A stretch of DNA of 58,945 bases, counting the filler, from Sphacelaria rigidula (lineage: Eukaryota): assembly GCA_964200075.2 (NCBI GenBank). It is 9 parts of 9 records of this genome, joined end to end, with 100 filler letters (N's around TTAATTAATTAA, not from the genome) between each part and the next. Parts side by side here need not be neighbours in the genome. Positions count along the whole stretch, not along the records: positions 1 to 6,461 come from CAXNAA020019938.1; positions 6,562 to 13,022 come from CAXNAA020019939.1; 7 more parts are not named here. The stretch is one strand, 5' to 3'. This document shows positions 1 through 9,145 of the stretch, one piece after another (the first letter of the stretch is position 1; every line of letters begins with the position of its first letter). Both the position numbers and the translations under genes were made by a program. The notes below the pieces were generated by a model. The model was not told where the DNA came from and did no database searches. It saw only the letters and a program-made list of their open reading frames with translations.

Positions 1-342
1 TGTGGGGATCTTGGCCACATGCATACATACTGTCCCTGGCCCAAGGGAGGTCGTCACATCAGCCACCATGTCCAACATGCTGCACTGTCTCATCACGGGG
101 GACAGCACCCCCGTTCCAATCGTTCATCCATGTCCCACTCGTACGGCGTGGTCAACGCCGTGCAACTTCACCATGACAATGCGTACTGTGACGATTATGG
201 TTGGTACGGGCCGGAGGAGGACGAGTGCAGTAGGGAGGAAAACCAGAACTATTTCAACGGTTCAGGTTTTGCTCACTGTGTGCAATCGCCCAACCCGGGA
301 CACTACAATCACGGGCAGCAACTTCAAATCCCTCTCCAACAT

Positions 343-361
343 CAACAGCAGCAGCAGCAAC

Positions 362-400
<39 letters not shown>

Positions 401-401
401 A
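343..401 (+). repeat. (CAG)n/(CAGCAA)n microsatellite in copia gag tail
   Basis: Read directly: caacagcagcagcagcaa followed by about 6 cagcaa units. Confidence 0.9.
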
Positions 402-1042
402 CTGCCCTCCGCTTCGCGCGCTGCCGACACGTCTGCTGCCAGTTCAGTATCTTTGACGCATTTGCGTTTGTGTGTGGCAGAATCTGTGTGTGTTCCCAGG
501 TTTCATATAGACAATGTACTCTCGGAGAATCTTGCGTTACTTTACCAGGGTGGCAGGCTAGACATGGTAGGAGACGGATCGGAAGAGTGGCTGGCTGACA
601 ACGGAGCCAGTCATCACACAACTTGATCCATGGATGGTATGTTTGATCTTCGCTCTCCCCCCTCAGGAAATGAGAACGTGATTGTAGGAAATGGTACCGT
701 ACTACCCGTGATTGCTGTTGGAAGCTTGAAGCTCAAGTTCCACATGCCTGGTCCCTTTGACGGCCCCCCTTCCGACTTCTGTGTACAACTGGCGGACGTA
801 TACGTACTTGAGGGTATCCCCTTCAACTTGTTTTCTTTGCATCAGGTTCAAAAGAGACAGAATGTACTGCTTAGTGAGTCAGGCGTGCATTTGTTCAACG
901 GTAGACTGCGGTTTGATCGCAATGAACGTTCCTCCTCGCAGCGAGCGACTAGGCTTTCACCAGAGTATGTTCACTGCCCCCTTGTTGCGCCCGCTGTTGC
1001 GGTCACTTCCAACCCCGCCTCTCGTTTGCCCTTGCAGTCGCC

Positions 1043-1462
1043 CAGTACTGTAGGTGTTCCCCCACGAGTCGGTGTGTCGCCTGCTCCTCACAACAGTACT
1101 GTAGATGCTTCTCCTGGTGCTGGCGTTCCCTTTGTTTCATCCCACAGTACCGTAGGTGTTCCCCCACGAGTCGGTGTGTCGCCTGCTCCTCACAACAGTA
1201 CTGTAGATGCTTCTCCTGGTGCTGGCGTTCCCTCTGTTTCATCCCACAGTACTGTAGGTGTTCCCCCACGAGTCGGTGTGTCGCCTGCTCCTCACAACAG
1301 TACTGTAGATGCTTCTCCTGGTCTTGACGTGCCGTCTTCTACGCCCAACAGTACTGTTACTATCCCCCAAGGTGTCGGTGCCCAATTTGTTTCGCGTAAC
1401 AGTACTGTGGACGTTTCCCCTGCTCAAGATGGCCCTTCTCATTCACAAAACAGTACAGTAGT
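1043..1462 (+). repeat. In-frame tandem repeat, 51-bp subunits (102-bp higher-order unit)
   Basis: CAGTACTGT recurs about every 51 bp. The peptide STVGVPPRVGVSPAPHNSTVDASPGAGVP(F/S)VSSH repeats about 2.5 times nearly exactly, then decays. Confidence 0.9.
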
Positions 1463-1904
1463 GATGTTATCCCCCAGTGCGAGCTTCCCGCGTACTCCCA
1501 CAAGGAATATAGTACCTTCGCCCCCGGAGTACGCTTTGTGCCTACCTCCTCTGCTTCTCCAATACCCGCCAGGATTCCCTCAGGTCTTGTAGGAGTAAAC
1601 TTTTTTTGCCGGACCTTAGTGTCTTTGAAGACGAACAGTTGATGGCAGGATATGATGAGACACCGTATCAAGTTTCGTTTCCGCGGTTTTTGAGAAGGGA
1701 TGATTTTCATAGTACAGGAGACGATAGCATGGCCCTTGCCGTATATTAAACTCACGGATCCTTATAAAAAACAGTACTTGAACACTTGGTCAATATTGGG
1801 GGTTCCTAGTTGAAGCAGAACATATTGTCCCGCTTATTTGCTACGGAGTAAAAACTCACACACAGAAAACAAACAGCTAGACTGCTGGCTGTGTAGATTT
1901 CCAA

Positions 1905-2860
1905 CAAAGGTTTTATTGAATCGTCACAACTTGTACCGCAACTATGCCAGAGAGCCGAAATTCCGACACAAAAACAATGACGGTGCTGTCATTAATTGCA
2001 ACAACACTGCCCAGGTACCAGCTTCAGTTGGGTTCGCAGCGGTGAATTATCAGGTGTACGCTGACGTGACCGTGTTGAAAAATCCTAGAGTCGATGCACT
2101 TCTTGCTCCTGCCTCGCATTCGGAGCCCAGAGGGAGATATCGAGCACAACACGAGCGTTTATTTGGTCGAGACAAAATAAACACGCGGTCACTCCTCAGC
2201 GTGAAAAACTGGAGAAGGGCGATTGCAATTAGGGAGCGAAAGTAACCAAGTTAAGCTGCGAGCTCTCGTGAAATTTGGAGCACCTACGGGGCACTCGTAC
2301 ATGCGCCAAACCAGATTCGATCATCTGATTGAACACGCTGACGCGATAGTCGTGTCATCGTTTGCATCCAATCTACTGCAAACTACGTGGCCACTTATTC
2401 TCAACACTATCCTACAGTGACAATGACGACACATCTCCAACCCCAGTATCCCGCGTATCACGTTATTTAAGAAGGGAAGTCGATCATATACGATAAACAG
2501 CTACAATATGAAAATTATTGACTTTGCTACACTATTCTACAACGACGATGACGACACATGTTATCGCGCATAACACGTTATCCAAAGAGAGAAAATAAAA
2601 CATATCCAGTTCACCGGTACAACATCCAAGATTTTTTTGAATCATCACAAGTTGTACGGCAAGTATGCCACAGAGACGAAAATCAAGCACAAATATATAC
2701 TCTGTGCTGTCATTAATTGTGAAAACACGCAGGTTTCAGCGTCAGCTGGGTCCACAATGATCAATCATCAAGTGTACGCTGACGTGACCAAGTTTACAGT
2801 AAAGACCTACAGTAGATTCGATCCATTTTTTGGCTACTGCATCACCTTTGCAGCCCAGAG
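1905..2860 (+). repeat. Two diverged direct copies of a ~220-bp unclassified repeat (about 1905-2130 and 2625-2860)
   Basis: Shared blocks TTGAATC(G/A)TCACAA, GTGCTGTCATTAATTG and GTGTACGCTGACGTGACC in the same order. Confidence 0.7.
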
Positions 2861-3058
2861 TGACACGTCGAGCAGACCCTGCGTTCATGTGATGGTGTGG
2901 CGTGGACGAATCCCACGAGGAATACCGTGCAGTGATTGCATGTTATCGGTCAACGCTCCCGATTCTGATGCCTGAATCATTGGCCACGCGTGTCTTTAGT
3001 GAACTTCATGTCGAGAAATACCGTCCCTCGAAAACACACGCCGTGTAAAGACGGTTAT

Positions 3059-3257
3059 TGTAATGCGTGAGAGGACAACGTGCTTAGAGCACCGCGCCGT
3101 AGTTCAAAACACTTCAGGATCGACGTTTTTCAAACCCAATCGGGCCAGCCCCTGCAAGTACCACGCCCCTGACCATAACCCTAACACTAACCCTAAGCAT
3201 AGGGATGTTCAAATTCCGATGCGGTTCTATAAGCACGCGGTCCTCTCACGCATTACA
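3059..3257 (+). mobile_element. MITE-like element with ~28-bp TIRs and internal degenerate telomeric repeats
   Basis: Ends TGTAATGCGTGAGAGGAC..GTGCTTA and TAAGCACGCGGTCCTCTCACGCATTACA. Internal CATAACCCTAACACTAACCCTAA. Homologous to 57399-57616 in reverse orientation. Confidence 0.75.
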
Positions 3258-3559
3258 GGCATCACCAACCAAGACGAACACGAACACCACCGTGAAAATG
3301 TAGTACACACCAGCTCCAATGAGCTTGAACCCAATAGAAGTGCCCCCACTACGCCGTTAGATTTCTTCTAACGGGCTACAGAAACCTACACAGGACCGTT
3401 TTCGCACCAGCATCAAGAGCTGACGGCAGTCGCCCTTGCCCGACCCAATAACATATCAAAAAGACGATCTGTACATGGTGCGTACCCAATCTCAGGACTT
3501 CCGAAAACGTCGCAGAGGCGATCCCAAGCCGTTCTGCGGGACATATGGCTTCCGTAGGG

Positions 3560-3691
3560 TTACCCCATGAAGACATAAACAGAAAGCGCTAAAGATCCGC
3601 CACAGGTCTGTGAAGAGTCGCCGGAGCAAGGCATGTCGCAAGTAGCAGTACCGAGTGCAGAAGGATCGTCCGTCGCTAGCCCGCAAAAGCA
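3560..3691 (-). CDS. GSDH-like/WSC-domain protein, last exon (WSC C-terminal half)
   Basis: tgcag acceptor, then CFCGLATDDPSALGTATCDMPCSGDSSQTCGGSLALSVYVFMG*. This matches the WSC motif CxC...C.mpC.G....CGG...SVY. Confidence 0.85.
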   Translation of the reverse strand, partial: CFCGLATDDPSALGTATCDMPCSGDSSQTCGGSLALSVYVFMG

Positions 3692-3942
3692 CTGCACATA
3701 AGCACCAACGTCCGGCGCACATATCGGGGTGAGACGACTTTGTGTAATCGATCAATAATCTTTCGCTTGAGTCTTTCGGCTTGAGTGATGCAGCGAATAA
3801 AAGGTGTTACCTTGTCTTCATGTTGTATTGGGGTATATCCTCTGGGACACCTCATCAGCCACCAGCGGACCTTGAGGCGCAGTGTCGAACACATGTGCAC
3901 GTGTAGATCAGAGACCCCACACTGTGAACGGTTTCCAAGTAC

Positions 3943-4047
3943 TAAACCATAGACCACGAGGGTAGTCCACCTGGATCATGCATGCTCTTTCCAAGTGAAA
4001 TTGATGCTGATTCAACAGGTGACCTACTCCCGCCATGTGAGGGTTAA
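3943..4047. mobile_element. Solo copy of ~100-bp piggyBac-like mini-element (intronic)
   Basis: Same core (GATGCTGATTCAACAGGTGACCTAC) as the array at 30949-32097. Ends AGGG-TTAA. Confidence 0.65.
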
Positions 4048-4400
4048 GTGCTACATATCTGTTCACAACTCAGACACAGTCGCCGAGAGTTTCGGATTTT
4101 CAAGCTGTTTTGAGTAGCGTTCACGCTCTGCAATCGGGTCGCGGAAGCCAGACTACGGTACGTCGGAACGCCGGAACCGAGGTTTTGCGGACAAATAGCA
4201 TTCGACAGATAAGTATTTCATACGGGGAGTGCTCGTCTTGAATACCCGAGGTACGGATTAAGTTTAGGACGAAGACGACATATCTCCTAATCGAACGCGG
4301 GTCACTTTGCAAATGTGCGCTTGGCATATATCTACACGAGCGGCTCCAACACATGCTCATCTGCGTCCCGGTGCATACAACTCAACGGCATGATTCGCAC

Positions 4401-4457
4401 CTTCTCGGACCACTCCAGACCGAAGTACGTCCAACCCTCGCAAAATTCGGCGCAAGC
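4401..4457 (-). CDS. GSDH-like/WSC-domain protein, internal exon (WSC middle)
   Basis: ttttgcag acceptor, ACAEFCEGWTYFGLEWSEK, gtgcg donor. Phase 0 at both ends, matching neighbouring exons. Confidence 0.85.
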
Positions 4458-4802
4458 CTGCAAAACACGGGAAATATCGGATCAGCGGAAGCTGGAAGTA
4501 AACATTGATTGTTGCCCACGTGAAAAACACTCTGTATCATAAGGTGGTGCGGATAGAACAGAGTGGGCGACACACACAGCTCATGTTAGTTTTATACCTT
4601 CCACGACTACATCCTCCCACACAAAGGCGATCCGGCAAAGGACATTGAGATAATCACATAGCGCGTTTTACACGCCCGTTCGACGGCAAGCGGGAACCAA
4701 AATTCACATGCCGAATCACGCATTTTCTCATCACCGCTCAACGTTTGGAGTCAGAGGAGGATTCCAAGTACCATCTCAGGAAGACAAGCCTGACGTCGTT
4801 AC

Positions 4803-5006
4803 CTCAATCGTCATATCTGGTTGACCTAGCACTTTAGGACCAGTGAACACGCGGTCGAACGAGTCCGCGTAGCAACCAAGCTCAGCGTAGTCACCGGAGT
4901 CATCCGTGCTGGGTGCAGGCTTCAAGTCGTCGTAGGCATTGTCGCAGACATCACCGCAGGGCAAGTAGTAGATGTTGTTTGAAGAGTCTATCATCATGAG
5001 CTCCCC
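4803..5006 (-). CDS. GSDH-like/WSC-domain protein, internal exon (end of propeller, start of WSC)
   Basis: Acceptor ag, GELMMIDSSNNIYYLPCGDVCD...DYAELGCYADSFDRVFTGPKVLGQPDMTIE, gtaac donor. LGCYxD and MTIE are WSC N-terminal signatures. Confidence 0.85.
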
Positions 5007-5227
5007 CTTCAAATGACAGGAACACACGGTGCATACAATCCACGACGCGAGCGAGCATGTCGATCAATGCAGCCAGCAGCTGCGGAAGATATGAGGTGGG
5101 CTGGGTGAACCATCCAGCCAATGAGAGGAATACATAAGCAGCAGTACACAATTCCTTCCGTCCCCGAAATTTAATTAACGCAGGTGACTCATAGTAGTCC
5201 GTTGGCAGTAGGAAAGCGCTGGCTCAC

Positions 5228-5330
5228 GTCAACATCCTCCGAGAAGGAGACGACTTGCACGCTTCCGTCGCTGACGATTGTGCCCGGGGACCACGTGCCG
5301 TCACCTTGCTCCTTGATGTAGTACACGTTC
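5228..5330 (-). CDS. GSDH-like/WSC-domain protein, internal exon
   Basis: ttttcag acceptor, NVYYIKEQGDGTWSPGTIVSDGSVQVVSFSEDVD, gtgag donor. Joins the next exon to give SFSEDVDGEL, like the SFGEDxxGEL motif of GSDH/HHIP propellers. Confidence 0.8.
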
Positions 5331-5587
5331 CTGAAAACCACGAAAACCAAAGAAGGCACGATACAACCCAAGGAAGCGGGATAACATGATCTCGAGGTGT
5401 AAATCTCGACGCATTACTTCCGCAGAACGACAACCAACGTGCGCGTTATGGGTGCATCAGCTATGTTTCTGTTTCTTGTCTGAGAGAGGGCTGAGCAACC
5501 TCGTCATGGGAATAAGGAATGTGGGTAGACGCCATGATCGAAGTCGACGTGTCTATTGACTTACGTATCGCTCGTCATATAATGCAC

Positions 5588-5666
5588 CTGCCCTCGTAGT
5601 CGGCAAAGATGAGCGCCCCATAAATATCCAGATCAGCGAAGGCGTGCCCCCGGTACACGTACCCAC
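5588..5666 (-). CDS. GSDH-like/WSC-domain protein, most 5' exon recovered
   Basis: Acceptor aag, GGYVYRGHAFADLDIYGALIFADYEGR, gtgca donor. GGYVYRG...G..IFaDY is characteristic of glucose/sorbosone dehydrogenase (HHIP-like) propellers. Phase-2 junction matches the next exon. Confidence 0.8.
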
Positions 5667-6097
5667 CTTGCAACCCAAAGGCACCGCAAGCAAAAAAAGG
5701 AGAACGGAAACATTGTTCAATACAATGAGGAAACGATCGCTACTGCTACGACTCAACCGTCAGACTTCGTGATGATGAGAAAGCATGGACGGTGTTCATC
5801 TGGAACTTCATTGACAAACGGTAAATAAACTATACAAGCAATGGGATACACACCGACAACAAGTTACCGGCATATGTGCTCAAAAAGGAGCGATTTGAAA
5901 GCTGCACGCTTGAAAGTCTTCCTCAAATCAGGCCAAACGCTACCTCGATGAGCTACAAGAAAGGTCCTAATGAGGTTCGAAGATACTCCGTCATTACATG
6001 GATCCGATGATGTCTCAGTAACTGGAGACGGAAAAGAAACGAACCCTGCTTCTCCTGCAACAAACTTCAGCTGCGGCACGGTCTATTACCGAAGCAG

Positions 6098-6461
6098 TAT
6101 TTTAGATGTTTCAACATCACATCAGCCGAAATCGCACTTTCACCACCGTTCTGGGTCCTTGGTGCATCACCTCGGGCGAAGTCCTCCGACGCCAAAACCC
6201 CACGTGACCGAAATATCACGGTTTTGGGTAGGAACTGCTTCGACATTTTTCCTTTTCACTAGCTTCCCAAGCTGATGGTGGATGTTACGAACTTGAAGTA
6301 TGTTCAGATTGGTTAGAAGTTTCGTTGGGAATTGATATTTTAGATGTTTCAACATCACATCAGCCGAAATCGCACTTTCACCACCGTTCTGGGTCCTTGG
6401 TGCATCACCTCGGGCGAAGTCCTCCGACGCCAAAACCCCACGTGACCGAAATATCACGGTT
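6098..6461 (+). repeat. Exact ~126-bp direct duplication at contig end (6098-6223 and 6336-6461)
   Basis: Identical TATTTTAGATGTTTCAACATCAC...GAAATATCACGGTT, offset 238 bp. Confidence 0.85.
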
Positions 6462-6561
6462 NNNNNNNNNNNNNNNNNNNNNNNNNNNNNNNNNNNNNNN
6501 NNNNNTTAATTAATTAANNNNNNNNNNNNNNNNNNNNNNNNNNNNNNNNNNNNNNNNNNNN
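6462..6561. other. Artificial contig linker (also 13023-13122, 19584-19683, 26145-26244, 32706-32805, 39266-39365, 45826-45925, 52386-52485)
   Basis: 100-bp N-runs containing TTAATTAATTAA (stops in all six frames), spaced every 6,561 or 6,560 bp. Confidence 0.98.
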
Positions 6562-7741
6562 CCAATGTCGCCAAGATGAGGCGCTTCATGTAGCCTGAAC
6601 CCGACCATCAGGCGCTGTACGGCCATTTTTTTCGTGACACTTTTAGCTGGTTTTGGGGGGGGGCTATCGTAAAAAATGTCTGCAGTGCACGAAGAAGGCG
6701 CAGAGGCACATTACCTTTCACGTTTGGGTGTCATCTGATACCTGTGGCGCGAATTCTTCATCGAGGACGCCAACAGTGATTTGAAGGATTGGATGAACGA
6801 GGTAGATCAAGTGGCAACGTCGCTTCGCCAAAAGTACCCGCTGGGCCCGCCGGACCACAATAACGGCGGCACCTGCCCGCCCCCAACGTTCGGACGCGTC
6901 AACAAACTAATCAAGACCGGACACCCGCTAAACCTGATTGGCCGCCACCGGTTGAGACTTGATCCCAAGTCCCGACCGCCGCCGAGAAGAAAGCAACACG
7001 CAGCCGCAACCTCTCCAGCACCGGCCCCGAACTAGATCAAGAAGACGGGCACATCATCTCCGACCCCACCGCAGAGCCTCCCCACGGGATACAGTATACC
7101 CGCAGGTCTGAAGACGCCCTTTACGAACCTTCCGGAGGAACTCTCCCCGTGGACCCTACCCCAGGGCGTTTGCGCTGTACGCGGGGTTCAAAATGTATGT
7201 TCCCGAACCACGACGAGACTCACCCCGACGTAGCGGGAGGAACGGCTGTCGCCACGGGTGGCGGTAAGGGGACAGGCAGCAGCGGCGCCGGCAAAGACGC
7301 TCAGAAACCGATATGAAAGTTTAGCAACGGGGGAGGTGGAGAGTGCAGTCGAGGAACGGAGGAGACGGGAGCGAGGGAGCGGGGGGAGGTGGAGCGAACG
7401 GAGCGAGTGGAGCCCGCTCGGGGAGCGGATGAGGGTACGGGCCCTGCCACTTAGCGGCGGGGACGACCAGGAATGAGCACGTTCCAGCCACACCTCCGTT
7501 CACTGACCCAGGCAGGTCGGTGGGCATCGCTGGAGCACCTCTCGCTGTGTCGGTGGCTCCTCACTTTTTTCACGGTGAGACTAGAGTTACCGACGCAGCA
7601 AGTAGAAAAGAGACGGCGGTATATGGTGAAGATCGAAGATTTGGTCAATCGCCCATAGTAGTCGCTCGCATGAGTAGCAACGCAGGAATGCATAGCGGTA
7701 CAAAGTCTGGTATTTTCAACCCGTCACCCCCACGACGTGCC

Positions 7742-7962
7742 ATCTTCCACGACGTGCAATGGTCAAATGACTAAGGCAAGCAACAAATGAGTACGCCCCC
7801 CCCCCCCCCCCCCCCCCCCCCCCGGCCGCCCCCCCACCACCACACCCCCCCCACGCACNNNNNNNNNNCCCGCCCCCCCCCCCCCCGCGCCCCTTTCCCC
7901 CCCGTCAGCGGGTCAAAACAAAAAAGCAAAAAAAAAAAAAAGACCCCCCCCCCCCCCCCCCC
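7742..7962 (+). mobile_element. 5'-truncated non-LTR retroposon tail with poly(C), inserted in the YR element
   Basis: AATGGTCAAATGACTAAGGCAAGCAACAAATGAGTACG followed by poly(C), flanked by the direct repeat CCCCCACGACGTGCC (7727-7741 and 7963-7977). The same tail occurs at 50953-50995 and ~51523-51570 on the minus strand. Confidence 0.7.
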
Positions 7963-8289
7963 CCCCCACGACGTGCCCGCAAGTTCATCGCCCCAAACTT
8001 AAGTGCAACTGGGAATGCCAGTAGGACAGTAGGTAGACCACAGTGCCTAAAAACTGACGAAGAAAACATTGTCCCGCCTCTAAAATCGGCAGCAACATAT
8101 CAACCTGCAGGTTTCAATCGACCGCTCCGTTCGACCCGGTACATCTCCGGAAAACACAGTGAGAACCCAATCCCAACCGACGTTGACATCAGTAGGATAA
8201 CACACCCTGAAAAAGAAAAAAGTACCATTAACCAAGGGAGAAAATCAGCAACACTATCCCTCCATCCCCGGACAAGCGCACCTGTCGGA

Positions 8290-9145
8290 ATAATCCCGAG
8301 TGAGAGTACAAGCCGAGTACAAATCCAGAGTGGGTCAGACAAAGCGCGTATCAGTACCCGAAAAAAACGAGAAGCGAGGACAAGTCCTCGTCACCCTCCG
8401 TCTATAACCGAGAGGGACCCGAGCATGCGTACAAGCCGATTGCCGACCGAAAATGGGTCAATCGAAGCGTGCACCAGTACCCAGACGAGACAAGTAGCGA
8501 GGTCATTTCCTCCTCACCCCCCGCCAATAGTCAGGCCAGTCCCGTGTAGTAGTACAAGCCAAGTGAAGACCCAGAATGGATCAATCGAAGCGCGTACCAT
8601 TACCAGGAGAGAAAAAGAAACGAGGTCATTTCCTTGTCACCCTCCGCCTATAGCCGGGTCAGATTCGAGTATTGTTACACGTCGAGCGCAGACCCAGAAT
8701 GCGTCAAACGAAGCACGGACCAGTACCCGGACACAAAACGAATCGCGGTCATTTCCTCGTCAACCCCCGGCGATAGTCAAGATAGATCCGTTTAGTAGTA
8801 CAAGCCGAGTGCAGACCCAGAATGGGTAAACGAAGCGCGTACCAGTACTCGGAGAGAAAAAAAAACGAGGCCATTTCCTTGTCAACCTACGTCTATAGTC
8901 GGAAAATATCCGAGTGTGAGTACAAGCCGAGTGCAGACCCAAAATGGATCAATCGAAGTGCGTACAAGTACTCGGAGAGAAAAAGAATAGAGATAATTCC
9001 CTTGTCTCCCCCCGCCATCAGTCGGGACAAACTCAAGTAGTAGTGCCCGCCGAGTGCAGACTCAGAGAGGGTCAATCGAAGGGCGTACTATCACACAGAG
9101 AAAAGCAGTAGGAAGATCATTTCCTCGTCAACCCCCGCCAATTGT
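8290..9145 (+). repeat. 123-bp (41-codon) tandem repeat, about 7 copies, upstream of RT in the YR element
   Basis: AGTACAAGCCGAG-like blocks at about 8305, 8428, 8551, 8674, 8797, 8919 and 9043. Peptide unit like STSRVQTQNGSIEARTSTRREKETRSFPRHPPPIV. Confidence 0.85.

Larger units (their letters stand above)
1..1592 (+). mobile_element. Degenerate Ty1/copia LTR retrotransposon gag-pol fragment (zinc knuckle, aspartic protease, Pol beta-barrel)
   Basis: Frame 1 opens with CGDLGHMHTYC, the end of a CCHC knuckle. 588-626 reads WLADNGASHHTT* (copia protease motif WxxDSGASxHMT with a premature TGA at 624). The same frame continues as ORF 630-1592 with VIVGNGTVLPVIAVGSL and LADVYVLEGIPFNLFSL, typical of copia Pol. 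No integrase or RT seen. Confidence 0.85.

Noticed and set aside
6098..6461. Functional duplication
   Set aside because: An identical copy at a contig end may be an assembly artefact or the edge of a tandem array; it cannot be resolved here.
6507..6518. TTAATTAATTAA palindrome recurring at regular spacing
   Set aside because: Embedded in N-runs; an assembly linker, not a biological repeat.
7796..7962. Pro/Lys-rich ORF 7787-8002
   Set aside because: Derived from homopolymers and low-quality sequence around a 10-N gap.
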